DNA from: Octopus vulgaris
Taxonomy: Eukaryota
Length of the DNA: 64,000 bases
Assembly: GCA_951406725.2 (NCBI GenBank)
Contig: OX597827.1
Coordinates: 6,076,001 to 6,140,000, forward strand
Direction of reading: 5' to 3'
Shown: positions 26,281 through 39,961 of the stretch, piece by piece
Layout: every line of letters begins with the position of its first letter
Numbering within the stretch: position 1 is the first letter of the stretch
Made by a program: the position numbers and the translations under genes
The notes under the pieces: model-generated
Databases searched by the model: none
The model's input: the letters and a program-made list of their open reading frames with translations, nothing else
Told to the model about the DNA's origin: nothing

Positions 26281-26639
26281 TATGCATATATGCATCTAAT
26301 TATATATGTATGCATATATGTATGAAGGCTCATGGCCTTGTGGTCACAGAATTTGCACTAATACTTGTGAGATTGTGGTTTCAATTCCAGGACTAGGTGG
26401 TGCATTATGTTCTTGAGTAAAACACTTCATATGATGTTGTTCTGCGATCGCTTCAGCACCTGACGTATGATACACCATGCACCTGTTCAGGTAACACTGA
26501 TTTGACGAAGGGAGCAAGCTAATGTGCAGCACATGCTTTTGATCACTATAAACAAATCATTTGTGCAGGTCATTCGGCAAGAAATAGTAGAACCATCTTT
26601 CTTGACAATGAGAAACTACAATCATGTGTGTGTGTGTGC

Positions 26640-26676
<37 letters not shown>

Positions 26677-27884
26677 CATGTATGTATGTATGTATACAAT
26701 CAATCAAATGCAAAATATATCAAATGCATGTATGTATGCATGTATGTATGTGTGCATGCATGTATACAGCATGTATGCATGTATTCATGCATGAATGTAT
26801 GCATACATGTATATCTGGACATATGTATGTATGCGTGTGTGTATGTGTGTGTGTACGTATGTATGATGTATGTGTGTATGTATGTATGTGAATATCTATG
26901 TATGTATGTATCTATCTATATATATATATATATATATATATGTGCATGTATGTATTTATGTATGTATGTACATGTGTATGTATGTACATATGTTTGCATG
27001 TATGTATGTTTCTGTGTATGTGTGATTGTGCGCATGACTGAGTGTACATTCCTTCTCATCTTGACATGTGGATGGTGATTGTAAAGAAAAGCCTCACCGT
27101 TCATAGCAACAGTGTTTTGTTTGCTGGCAGTCCTCCTTGAAAGCATGTCAGAGCTGTTCATTGTTTGATAAACTGCAGGTTTATTACCTTGCTTGAAAGC
27201 AAGCGAGGGCTAGCATCAGTGAGAGCATTCAACCATGGAAAACTCTACCTCAACAAAGCGTCATTTTATCCATGCAAGCAAGGAAATGTAGATGTTATGA
27301 TGATGAAAGAAATGATGACGATAATGACGATGACAATGATGATGATGACGACGACCACGATGATAATGATATATGCTTGCACCTATTCATGTCCATATAG
27401 TATAATGGTAGATGGAATTTCCTGCATCATTAATCCAAATTTCTTATTTCTGAGCTTCAAACAATTATAAAAAGAATGGAACTTAAGACAGTTTCTAATG
27501 GACATATAGAAAAGATGTTTGAATATCACAAAAATGTATTATGTGAATGAATGAAATTAAACAAAAGAATAGAGATTTATAATCCTAAATCCATGTTTAT
27601 TACCCCCAAAAAGAATTAAATCTGATTTCAAAATCAAATGGTTTATTTCCAGACATATTTTACCATAGAAGCACACGTGCTTCCACTCAAATCTGCATTT
27701 TGTAAATTGTATTTAAGTTAGAAATTATACACCTTATGATGACTTGTGTGGCTTCAATGAAAGGACCAAGATGTTGGCGCCTTGTAAGTATAATTCCAAT
27801 TTTTCTAAATAACAGCAGCAGAATCAAAGGTATTAGCCTAGTACTCAAAAGGGAGGAGAACAACGTTCTACAGCCCAGTAGTAA

Positions 27885-28095
27885 ACTCTTTTACTTGTTT
27901 CAGTCATTTGGCTGCGGCCATGCTGGAGCACCACCTTTAGTCGACCAAATCGACCCCGGGACTTATTCTTTGTAAGCCCAGTACTTATTCTATCGGTCTC
28001 TTTTGCCGAACTGCTAAGTGACGGGGACGTAAACACACCAGCATCGGTTGTCAAGCAATGCTAGGGAGACAAACACAGACACACAAACACACACG

Positions 28096-28126
<31 letters not shown>

Positions 28127-28297
28127 ATATATACGACAGGCTTCTTTCAGTTTCCGTCTACCAAATCCACTCACAAGGCATTGGTCGGCCCGGGGCTATA
28201 GCAGAAGACACTTGCCCGAGATGCCATGCAGTGGGACTGAACCCAGAACCATGTGGTTGGTTAGCAAGCTACTTACCACACAGCCACTCCTGTGCCT
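27885..28297 (-). mobile_element. SINE family A inserted into the fossil ORF
   Basis: Full-length match; the flanks are in the same reading frame. Confidence 0.92.
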
Positions 28298-28582
28298 TCA
28301 AGAAGTACTCACTTCCTGATGAACTTGCATGCGATGAAAGTTTGCTGAACTAGGTAACCTAAGTACTCCAAGAAAGACTTAGTAGGGAGATGCTCTGCAC
28401 ACCAAAGAAGGTTATGCATGGGTATGCCTCCAGTAAACTTGAGGATGATACTAAGATCATTATGAAGTGTGACCTCTCGGACTCATGAGTATTTGTTACG
28501 ATATATCTTATCTTTTCTACTAAGTTTATATTTACAAACATATACCTGAAATTCTTGCGTAACTTTACTATGATAGTAATTA

Positions 28583-29095
28583 CCGTAAATCCTCGAGTAT
28601 AATCCACCCTTGAGTATAATACGCAGGGGATTTTTAGGGGGCTGTACCTCTGAAAAACTTAAACCTTGTGTATAATACGCACCCCTTCTCTAACTTGAGT
28701 CAAGGAGGTCTATATAACGTCCTTGGTTTGTAAAAATGTATACGGTAACATCCTTTATTATTATTGTATATATAACATAATTCAAACGTGTAGCTTTTTT
28801 GTGCAAATTTTTTGCAGAAAATAAAGAAATAACAGTAATAACGTTTAATAAATGTTGCTTACTGCAATTTGTGGATGATCTTTTTATGACTTCATTGCTT
28901 ATAGGCTTAGCTTAAGGTATTTTCACACCCAACATCACAAAATGCGTCTGAATAAACATATCCAGACAGCAAATAGAGACTTGGACATTGGTTAGAAAAT
29001 ATTTTTCAATTTTAACCTCGTATATAGTACGCACTAGGGATTTTGACCTTTAAATTCTGGGGGAAAAAATGCGGATTATACTCGAGGATTTATGG
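28583..29095. mobile_element. pogo/Tigger-like MITE
   Basis: TA|CCGTAAATCCTCGAGTATAATCC ... GGATTATACTCGAGGATTTATGG|TA, with subterminal GTATAATACGCA repeats. Confidence 0.85.
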
Positions 29096-29459
29096 TATAT
29101 AAAACCTCAAAAAGCTAGAATTTTCAGACATAGAAAGTAGCCAGTTCGTATGCACTTTGAAATTACAATCTGAAGTCGAACAATAAAGATATGCAAGACT
29201 TTTTTAAAGTTCAACGCATATTAAATTCTACTAATGACTCTTTTTTTTCTTTTTGTCAGAAGATAGCTCTTCTCTTAAAGCAAGAATTCAAATAATTTAA
29301 ACAGAAAGTTAACATACATGCATAAATACTTAATTAATTAAATAAATAAACTGACATACAGACACACACACTAAACACCCATCCACACACACACAGACAC
29401 ACACACACACACACACATAAAATTAAACACCCTTGTATTTCTCTTGTTATTTAATCTCT

Positions 29460-29726
29460 GTGTTTGTGTGTATGTGTGTGTGTATGTGTGTGTGTATGTG
29501 TGTGTGTATGTGTGTGTGTGTATGTGTGTGTGTGTATGTGTGTGTATGTGTGTATGCGTATGTATGTGTGTGTATGTGTGTGTGTATGTGTGTGTATGTG
29601 TGTGTATGTGTGTATGTGTGTGTGTATGTGTGTGTGTGTGTGTGTATGTGTGTGTGTATGTGTGTGTGTATGTGTGTGTGTATGTGTGTGTGTGTGTATG
29701 TGTTTGTGTATGTATGTGTGTGTGTA

Positions 29727-29786
<60 letters not shown>

Positions 29787-29891
29787 TGTGTATGTGTATG
29801 TGTGTGTGTGTGTGTGTATGTGTGTGTATGTGTGTGTATGTGTGTGTATGTGTGTGTGTGTATGTGCGTGTGTATGTGTGTGTATGTGTGT

Positions 29892-29936
<45 letters not shown>

Positions 29937-30080
29937 TGTGTGTGTGTGTGTGTATGTGTGTGTGTATGTGCGTGTGTATGTGTGTGTATGTGTGTGTGTA
30001 TGTGTGTGTGTGTATGTGCGTGTGTGTATGTGTGTGTATGTGCGTATGTGTATGTGTGTGTGTGCGTGCGTGTGTATGTA
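29460..30080. repeat. (TG)n with periodic TA interruptions, about 620 bp
   Basis: Seen directly. Confidence 0.97.
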
Positions 30081-30678
30081 CATATCTCGCTGAATATTTT
30101 TACCTTAAGTTGGAGATTGGAGATTCCTATGGCAATTCATCAAACAAGTATTTGTTTATATATTTATTAGTTTTTTTTCTTCTTTCTTTCATTGTCAATA
30201 TTTTTCTTAGTTCAGACATCCACATTGACTTTATAAATAACAAATTATTCTAGCTGTTGCAGTTAATGCTCAAATTAAGATTTCAGACATGAAATTAAGA
30301 TTTAAAGTTTAATCTAAATGAAGATTTTTCAGAGATTTACGTTGTATAAAGTTTGTGTATAGAATGAGAATTTAAAGAGAAAGCACATTTCTTTTGCAAT
30401 GCACGTTCACGTTTATTTATAATACAACTAGAATTGGCTTCATGCTATCATACTTTTATACTCTTGTGCACTGAAAATAAAGAAAATAATAATATCAAAT
30501 TAAAGTAAACATTGAAGTTTGTGGGTGCAGGGCGTAGCAGAGTGGTTAAGATGTTCGCTTAATGACCACCGTCTAGAAGCTAGCTCAAGTGTCTCTTGCT
30601 GTAGAACTGTGTTGAGTAATGTGTATGTTTGTACGTGTGTGCGTGTGCATGTGTGTATGTGGGTATGTGTGTGTATAT

Positions 30679-30906
30679 ACTCTTTTACTCTTTTACTTGT
30701 TTCAGTCGTCATTTGACTGCGGCCATGCTGGAGCACTGCGTTTAGTCGAGCAAATCGACCCCGGGACTTATTCTTTGTAAGCCCAGTACTTATTCTATCG
30801 GTCTCTTTTGCCGAACCGCTAAGTGACGGGGACGTAAACACACCAGCATCGGTTGTCAAGCAATGCTAGTGGGACAAACACACACACACAAACACATACA
30901 CACACA

Positions 30907-30948
<42 letters not shown>

Positions 30949-31115
30949 TACGACAGGCTTCTTTCAGTTTCCGTCTACCAAATCCACTCACAAGGCATTG
31001 GTCGGCCTGGGGCTATAGCAGAAGACACTTGCCCAAGGTGCCATGCAGTGGGACTGAACTCGGAACCATGTGGTTGGTTAGCAAGCTACTTACCACACAG
31101 CCACTCCTGCGCCTA
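30679..31115 (-). mobile_element. SINE family A
   Basis: Full-length match. Confidence 0.92.
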
Positions 31116-31136
31116 TGTGTATATATATATATATAT

Positions 31137-31422
31137 ATGGTTAGGGCAGCGGACTCGCGGTCGTAGGATCGCAGTTTCGATTCCCAGACCGGGCATTATG
31201 AGTGTTTATTGAGCAAAAACACCTAAAATGCTCCATGAGGCTCCAGCAGGGGATGGTGGCGATTCCTGCCGTACTCTTTTGCCACAACTTTCTCTCGCTC
31301 TTTCTTCTGTTGGCCTGCTCGCTTAGCCAGTGGGTTGGTGTCATTTAAAGGCTAAAAAAATGCGAAGCGCATTGTGACCAGCGATGTGTAGCAACATCTG
31401 ATAGCCTGGTCGGTCACGGTGA
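31137..31422 (+). mobile_element. SINE family C
   Basis: GGGCAGCGGACTCGCGGTCGTAGGATCGCAGTTTCGATTCCC head; ends GGTCACGGTGATAT. Confidence 0.8.
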
Positions 31423-31689
31423 TATATATATATACACACACACACACATACGTATATATACATGTATACACACACACACAGACACACATACATATACACT
31501 TTTTTATTCATTTCAGCAATGTGGTTGTGATCATGCTGGAGCACCACTGATTTTGCACTTTTACATATGATTCTTCTTTGGTTGAGTTCTTCAGGGTGGT
31601 AGGATTTCATATCACCTCTTTTCTATGTGCTGTTGCCCTCGTTGTTGGCTCATTTTGAGTATAAAGAGTTTGACATCACAGCTCTTATC

Positions 31690-31960
31690 TGCACCTCATG
31701 CCACACTGTTGGTTCATCCGGTATCGGGGAGAGGAGAATGTCTAGTTTCTTTTAGAAGACATCTAAGTTCATATTGTGGGTTTCTTAATTTTTGTGGCAG
31801 GGCACTGAAGGGCTATGGGCCTTTGAACCCTTAGCTGTTGCAGTACCTGGTCCTGAAATTAGATGGAGTGGATGGAACCTTTGGTACAATACAATGGTGT
31901 CCAGTTTGGGTTCAGACATTTGTATACCTACCAAGCTAAAACTTTGAAGTCACTGTCAAA
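31690..31960 (-). mobile_element. CR1-like LINE 3' ORF remnant
   Basis: Minus-strand peptides VPKVPSTPSNFRTRYCNS, SALPQKLRN and PIPDEPT resemble the C-terminus of CR1-group ORF2. Confidence 0.45.
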
Positions 31961-32062
31961 CTTTTCTTTGTAAATCTTAACAGATATGCTCTCTACAATA
32001 AAGTATTGAATAAACCCTCAATTTAATGTTAAATCGTTTTTATATATAACTTTATATATAAA

Positions 32063-32293
32063 GGGCGGCGAGCTGGCAGACACGTTAGCGTGCTGAGCGA
32101 AATGCTTAGCTGTATTTCGTCTGTCGCTACATTCTGAGTTCAAATTCCACCGAGGTCGACTATGCCTTTCATCCTTTCAGGGTCGACAAATAAAGTACCA
32201 GTTTCGCACTGGGGTCGATGTAATCGACTTAATCTCTTTGTCTGTCCTTGATTGTTCCCTCTATGTTTAGCCCCTTGTGGGCAATAAAGAAAT
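32063..32293 (+). mobile_element. SINE family B
   Basis: Colinear with 19168-19403. Confidence 0.85.
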
Positions 32294-34593
32294 ATATATA
32301 TAACTTAACTTAAAAACAAACATTTATTCATACATGCATGCACGAGTGTGTGTGTGTGTGTGTGTGTGTGTGTCTATACACAAGACTGAGTCAAAAGTTT
32401 TGCAATAATTTTAATTTTTTGCTTTATTCCTCTAGTTATTACAAAAGCAGCCAAGGACTCAAAGTAGAGGCCATCGTGTGGAACCAGCTAAAGCTACCTT
32501 TCTACTAGTTCATTGATCTCACACTGATATCAGTTGTTACCCTTCAAGGCAAATAACTCCTTCACTGAAGCTTCTACGTTTGTAGAATACAAATTTATTA
32601 TTCTTAAACAAGAATGTTGTTGACAGTGACTTCAAAGTTCCAGCAGTGTGACAATGGCTTAGCTGACTGAAAACTTCAATGTCACTGTTAACATATATAT
32701 ATATATATTTTGCTTTTTCTAGGAGTCCGTTTTTAAAGTAGAGGAAATAGCTAAGATTTTTGGCTGCTATTTCTAAACTTCAGTATGTGGTAAAGCAAAT
32801 CTTTGCTGAACCCTTTTATTAAGTATATTTATATAGTGGAAGTGGTTAGGGTGTTGTACTCATGATTGTAAGATTGTGATTTCAATTCCTGGACCAGGAA
32901 TTCAACACCATTATGTTCTTGAGTACGTCATTGCACATTACTCCAGGCCACTCAGCAGCCAAAAAATGCACTCCATCCAGTGGGGAATGTATATGCCACA
33001 AAATATGGCAAACTGGCCTTATAAGCCAATGGCTCGGGAAGCACCTTTGAGAGAGAGAGAGAGAGAGAGAGTGAGGCAGCTTTTAAGCTAGTATATAGTT
33101 TTAAAGCAACTGACCCTGAATGGGAAGATCTGCAAACAGATCTCTGACTTGCTTTGGACAATTTGTCACAATTGTTTTCTCTAGTCACATCCGAATGATG
33201 ATCATATTTGTTGCCCTGCCCCCCAAAATGCATCATGTAAAAAAATAGTCGGAAACAAGTGCAATAATGCAAACATGGGTATTGACTTAATCCCTTCCCC
33301 CAAAATTTGAGGCCTTGTGCTTCCAGTAGAAAGGATTTATCAAAGTTGAAAAAGTGTGACACACTGACACACTACATTTATTATATTAGATATGTTTAAT
33401 TTTGAGGAAACCTTATTTCAGTTAAAACCTATTTTATGTGTGTGTGTGAGAATGTCTGTGTGTATGTGTGTATATATGTGTTTGTGTGTATGTGTGTATG
33501 TTTGTGTGTGTATGTGTGTCTGTATGTATTAAAGAAAGCAAAAAGTAAAACAAAAACGATAGTGTTCAGTATGTTGGTGACAGGAATTTCTGTCAAAGAG
33601 ACATGGTAAAACAAAGTTGTACATCATCTCCCTCTTTCTCTCACATACCCACTCTTTCTCTCTCTCTCTCTCTCTCTTTTATTATTACTCCCACTGCCAC
33701 CATCAACACTACTTCTTTTAATAAAACATCACCAACTCTTCCTAAATTTCTTTGTCTCTCTCTTTCTCTCCCTCTCTTTTACTTTCTCTCTCTCTGACTA
33801 TCTTCGTAGCCACCCTCACCATCTCTATGCCTACTATTTCTCTCACCTCATCATGAGGAATAGTAGGAGCGTCATTGAACAATGAGAGAGGGCGGGTCTT
33901 AACGTGACACACTGACACACAGAAATTAGTTTTTGCATTTACTATATTAAATATATATATATATGCTTGACCAATATATATATACGAGTATGTGCATGTG
34001 TGCATGATAGGTAACAGGCAAATAAAACTCAACGTATAATATCTTGGAATTGTATCAGTCATAAATAAGAAGCATAAATTTGAAAAGTGATGCTGCAAGT
34101 TTACAAGGCAACAAAACTTCCCTCTTGGACAACATCCAAACAAGAATCAATTAATTACTTCCACAGTAAAAAAAGAAAAAAAAAAAAGATTTAAAAAATC
34201 AATAATGAAATAAAATAAAATCGAATAAGATAAGAAGTTTGAGTTGAAGATAAGAAACCAGTTTAATAATAGACTTGGTTAATAGTGGATGAACACTAAA
34301 TTTGAAAATCGTTAGAATGAAGACTATGTTATGAATGAATGAGCATTTGCCTGTCAGCAGTAAAAGTACAACAAAGTTAATACAAAGTGATTCATGATTA
34401 TTTAGAGATTATTTAGAAATGGAAGTAGCTGTTTAGTTGCAGGTCAGCCTTCACTGAGCAGACTTAAGATCAAAGCCATTCCAGCTATGATCATCCAGGT
34501 GATTGCTATGTTTTTTTTTTTACTTCGTGGACATGGCTGTGTTGTTAAGGAGTTCCTTTCCCAGCCACATGGTCTCACGTTTGGCAGTCCTAA

Positions 34594-34990
34594 TCTTTAT
34601 ATATAAAAGAGAGGTTGTGTGCTGTCTGTCTCCTACGATTTAGATTCCTAACTACTCCCACATTTTGCGGTGCAGTTTAACCGAAACCGGGTATCTTATA
34701 GTCGTGATTCATATTGAGCCCTTCTGGGTATTAGCGCACGTCTACGATGAGTCTACGATTTTAAAAAAAATTTACCATCAATTTTGTCATTTTTAATGAA
34801 TTTTTTGCATATATAAGGGAAGTAACTCTCTAAAAATTTATTATTAAATCTCAGAATGTAAAAAGCTACAGTAACACCCCCCCCCTTTGTGGTTAGCCAT
34901 ATTGAGATGACTATTATACTTTACATCTCTAAAAATGCTTATATATTTATTTCCCTTACAAACCCGAGCAACGCCGGGCGATACTGCTAG
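34594..34990 (+). mobile_element. Non-autonomous Helitron (same family), inserted in a SINE
   Basis: A|TCTTTATATATAAAAG ... CCCGAGCAACGCCGGGCGATACTGCTAG|T. Confidence 0.8.
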
Positions 34991-35474
34991 TTAATAATAA
35001 TATTATGAAATGTCTTCAACTATAGCTTTGAGTCAACCAATGGCTTCTGAGTGAATGTATTAAAAGGGAATTGTGTAACGGCCCATGGCACACACATATA
35101 TATGTCTTTTATCTTTTAGTTCTTTCAGACTGTGGCCATGCTGGGGCATCACCTTGAACAATTTTTAATCAAATGAATCGACCCAAGCCCTTTTTTTTTT
35201 TTTTTTTTTTTTTAATTTTTTTTTTGCTAAGCCTGGTTGTTCAATTAATCTCGTTTGCTGAACCACTAGTTTATGGGGGTGAGGTGCCTAAGCAACCAAC
35301 ACTGGTTGTCAAGGTCTGGTGGCAACAAATACAGACACACGCACATGCACACAAACATGCACACACAGAGACACAGACACACACACACAGACACAGATAC
35401 ACACACACACGATGGGTGTCTTTCAGTCTACCAAATCCACACATAAAGCTTTGGTCTGTCCAAGGTGCCATCAA

Positions 35475-35539
<65 letters not shown>

Positions 35540-35634
35540 CATTATCCGAAACTCACTCTAGTGACAGATACACAAGTGCATCTTTTCCCTTACTTATGGC
35601 CTCTTAGACGACTCACATGTATATATATATATAT

Positions 35635-35930
35635 CACCGTGATCACCGTGACCGACTAGGCCATCAGATGTTGTTACACATCGCTGGTCACAATGCGCTT
35701 CGCATTGTCTTAGCCTTCAAACGACGCCACCCCGCTGGCTAAGCGAGCAGGCCAACAGAAGAAAGTGGGAGAGGAAGTTGTGGCAAAAGAGTACAGCAGG
35801 GATCACCACAACCCCCTGTCAGAGCCTTGTGGAGCTTTAGGTGTTTTCGCTCAATAAACACTCACAACGCCCGGTCTGGAAATCGAAACCGCAATCCTCC
35901 GACCGCGAGTCCGCTGGGCCATTGTGCCTC

Positions 35931-35935
<5 letters not shown>
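35635..35935 (-). mobile_element. SINE family C
   Basis: Reverse complement of the 31137 copy. Confidence 0.8.
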
Positions 35936-35991
<56 letters not shown>

Positions 35992-37129
35992 TTGTTTATG
36001 TGTGTGTATATATATGAATGTGTGTATATACAGACACACCTCAATATGTGTTAGTAATTGCTTCCAAGACATCTGACTTATCTCAAGATTCAAAGTAACA
36101 TGGTAAAAACATCTAAAAAATTTATTTGCTGATATTTGTTTTAGTAAGTGATTTGTACATATTTTTACAAGTATTTTATTTGACTCTTGCATCTCAGTGT
36201 TAAATTTTTTTAGGTGTTTTTTTTTTTCTAGAATATTTATGCTTTTAAATGTTCACCGAGACTGTCATAAAGTCAGATAAATCATCTGAAGTTGAAGTTT
36301 AATTTTTTTTTTTGCATTAAAAAAAGAACAAAAACATTAAAGTCAAAAGAGACATAACTTAAAATGACATAAGTTGAGGTGTACCTCCACTCACACACAC
36401 ACATACACACACACACACACACATACACATACACACACACATACACACACACACATACACACACACACACACATACACACACACACTCACACACACACAC
36501 ATACACACATACACACACACACACATACATACACACACACATGTTTATGGTTGGTCATAGAGTGACTGTGAGTGTATGTGTGTGTGTGTGTATGTGTGTG
36601 TGTGGTCCATATGTGTGTGTATGTGTATGTGAGTGTCTATTTCATTGTGTCTATCCCAATGTCTGTGTCTTTAACATTGCAAATATAAATAACAATGTCT
36701 GTAAGGTTCTTAAGATCTAGAAGTTGATATGATCAACTACAACCATTTAAGGTGGCGCCCCAGCAAGGCCACTACCTAGTAACTGAAACAGTGGAGAAAT
36801 TAAAAGTGTAAAAGACTAGAAGCGTTATACTACATCTAATGTTACTATTGTTGTTGTTTGTTCCTTCTGGAGCCACGCCTGGCTCATAGGGCCAGTTTCT
36901 CGGTTTCCTTGGCGTATAGGTTCCCCACCCAGATGAGATGCCGGTCTGTCGCAGGTGAGCTGCAAGATGCAGGAGGAAAGAGTGAGAGAAAGTTGTGGCA
37001 AAAGAGTCAACAGAAGTGTTGCCATTACCCTCTGCCAGATCTGCATGGAGCTTAGGTGTTTCACTCATAAACACACACATCACCTGGTCTGAAATTCAAA
37101 CTGGTGATCCCTCAACCAAACAGGTGCTC

Positions 37130-37615
37130 ATGAACGACAAATTTTGATAGGTTGAGGCTTTCTGCCAATTCTCGGGTTGTGCAATGTGGGTTATTCTCAA
37201 TTAATGACTTGATTTGGTCATGATCTGTAGTGGATGATCTGCCTAATTGCTCTTTATCAATGAGGCTACAATCTCCAGCTCAGAACTTTGCGAACCACTT
37301 CCGTAGAGTTCTTTTGGATAAAGAAATATCACAGTAAACTGCGCATATTTCTTTGGTTGCTTGTGAGGTATTTTTCCCTTTATGGAAAAAGAAAAGCCAT
37401 CAAGTGCTGAAAATGAACTTTCTTATCTTCCATTTTAAAGGGTTACAGAATTAACACAGGTTATAGGAACATAAACCTTCTTCCATGAAAAGATAACTTA
37501 AACTGTTCTCTAAATGGGGGTGGAATCAAATCCTATTTTGTGGACTCGACCATGTTCTAAAATAAGTTGAAAAGTAAGCTACTATAAATTGGCAGAAACT
37601 TTCCGGACAACCCAA
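37130..37615 (-). mobile_element. Mariner 5' remnant (N-terminal HTH domains)
   Basis: From ATG 37433: MEDKKVHFQHLM..HKGKNTSQATKEICAVY..RTLRKWFAKF*AGD..IENNPHCTTRELAESL. TIR-like TTGGGTTGTCCGGAAAGTT at the right end. Confidence 0.85.
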
Positions 37616-38965
37616 GAAAAGTGAGCAGGCCAACAGAAGAAAGAGTGAGAGAAAGTTGTAGCAAAATGGTACAGCAGGGATTGCCACCACACCCTGCCAG
37701 AGCCGTGTGGAGCTTTAGGTGTTTTCGATCAATAAACACTCACAACGCCTGGTCTGGGAATCGAAACCGTGAGTCCGCTACCCTAACCACTGGGCCATTG
37801 AGCCTCCACTATATATATATATATATAAAGAGAGAGAGAGAGAGAGAAATATATATATATAAATATATATATACACACACACACACATAGAGTGCAATGA
37901 ATAAATTGGTGTTTAAGTTATATATATATATAGATAGATAGAAAGATACATACATACATGCATACATACATGCAACTGATATCTTAGTGATTTTATTGTT
38001 TTGAAGTTGTTTGGAATTATACGTAACACAGCTTTATATCTTAATAAATCATGTTAATTCAATTTACTCGTCTACCAGACTAAGTGGAGTTGAGTTATGT
38101 AATTTACCTGAAAAGACAATTGTAAAGTGAATGCTAACGAGCTCAATATAATGAACGAAATAATTTTAATAATTAATCAATGTTTATCTTAAGTGAAAGG
38201 CAGTGGAATGATGGATGGAATGTCTCTTGGTGTTTGGAATAATGCTCTATGCTTTGAGTTTCAATCAAGGTGGAAGTTAACTTTGCCTTTCATCCTTTTG
38301 GTGGTGGTGGTCAATAAAAAATCTGCCAGTCCAGGGAAGGGGGTTAAAAGAACTGTTAGAGTATAAGATGAGATGCCATGCTGTATCTATTCCGACTCAG
38401 TGCATTCTGGGTTCAAATCTTGCCCCATGACTGAAAAAAAAATGGTGACACTTCTGTCAGGCATTACAAGCTGACAGATAGCATCAGCAATTTGGAAAAT
38501 TAATGGAAACATGGTTCCTTTGGTTTGATCAGAAGATTGAGCACCACTGCCACCACCACCACCAACACGACCACTACCACCACTGCAGCTACCACCAGAT
38601 CCACTGCCGTCTCTGCTGTCACTACTACTACCACAACCATTTGTAATGAACCAATCATTATCATTATGATTATGATAAATCATTATTCCATTAACTAATT
38701 CTGTTTAAGAAAGATAGAAGATGCAACCTTAAAATTTTAATTACTTCAAATTTATTAAAGTATAGGCTTGGCCGTGTGGTTAAGAAGCTTTCTTCTCAAG
38801 CATGTGGCATCTTGGGCAAGTATCTTCTGTTACAGCCTCATGCTGACCAAAACTTTGTGAGTGGGTTTAGTAGACTGAAACAGCATGGAATCCAGTCATG
38901 TGTGAATGTGTGTGTGTATGAATATACGTGCATAATACATACATACATATTATGTATACACACAC

Positions 38966-38996
<31 letters not shown>

Positions 38997-39052
38997 CATA
39001 CATACATACATATATATTTGTATAAAATTGTTTTGTTTTCCATTTCTTATAT

Positions 39053-39106
<54 letters not shown>

Positions 39107-39305
39107 ATCTAAACGTAAACAAAGAGAAAACACAACAATGCGAGGATGTGGAACAAGTATAGTGTTATTGGACACTCAAGAAAGGAAAGAAAGAAGGAGG
39201 ATTTAATGTTTTGAGCGGAGCTCTACGTCAGAAACATAGAAAATGGAAAGGTCCAAAGAAGAGAAGATGGAGAAAGAAAATCACCAACAATACACACGAG
39301 GTCAC

Positions 39306-39340
<35 letters not shown>

Positions 39341-39785
39341 TACACACACACACACACATATATATATATACACACAAACACACACACACATATTTATATA
39401 TATATACATACACGTGTGTGTGTGTATGCATATGTGCACATGTGAGTGTGTTTTGGGGTTTGTTCCCCACCACTGCTTGACTGTTGGTCTTGTTTTACTT
39501 GTCTCCTTGTAACTTAGTAGTTCATCAAAAGTGACCGCTAGAATAAATACTTGTCTTAAAAGAATAAATATTGATGTCAATTCGTTCAGCTGAAACCCCT
39601 GAGGATGGATGCAGTCAATTGATTGACATAAGTATAAGGAAAAAGAAGCAGAACAAAAGAGAAGTGGAATGAATTTAATCTGTGGTAGTGTGAGGACAAC
39701 ACTTGGCATGTTTTGGTCTCATTAGTCCTCATCAGTGAAGCATAGTCTAACAACTACTGCTTGATTTTAGAATAACTAGAAATAA

Positions 39786-39955
39786 AGCACAGGAGTGGCT
39801 GTGTGGTAAGTAGCATGTTTACCAATCACATGGTTCTGGGTTCAGTCCCACTGCGTGGCACCTTGGGCAAGTGTCTTCTACTATAGCCTCGGGCCGACCA
39901 AAGCCTTGTGAGTGGATTTGGTAGACGGAAACTGAAAGAAGCCCGCCGTATATAT
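39786..39955 (+). mobile_element. SINE family A, 5' half (split by the RTE LINE)
   Basis: Runs from the head to GAAGCCCGCCG(TA)n, then switches to LINE sequence. Confidence 0.9.
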
Positions 39956-39961
39956 GTATAT

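Larger units (their letters stand above)
24170..29320 (+). pseudogene. Fossil protein-coding gene fragmented by SINEs and MITEs (family unassigned)
   Basis: Removing SINE 24403-24808 (TSD ATATA) joins KKILLI to YEKLMW in frame, giving about 175 stop-free codons. Removing SINE ~27889-28297 joins QPSSKL to KKYSLP in frame. Other segments are protein-like with scattered stops. Confidence 0.6.
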
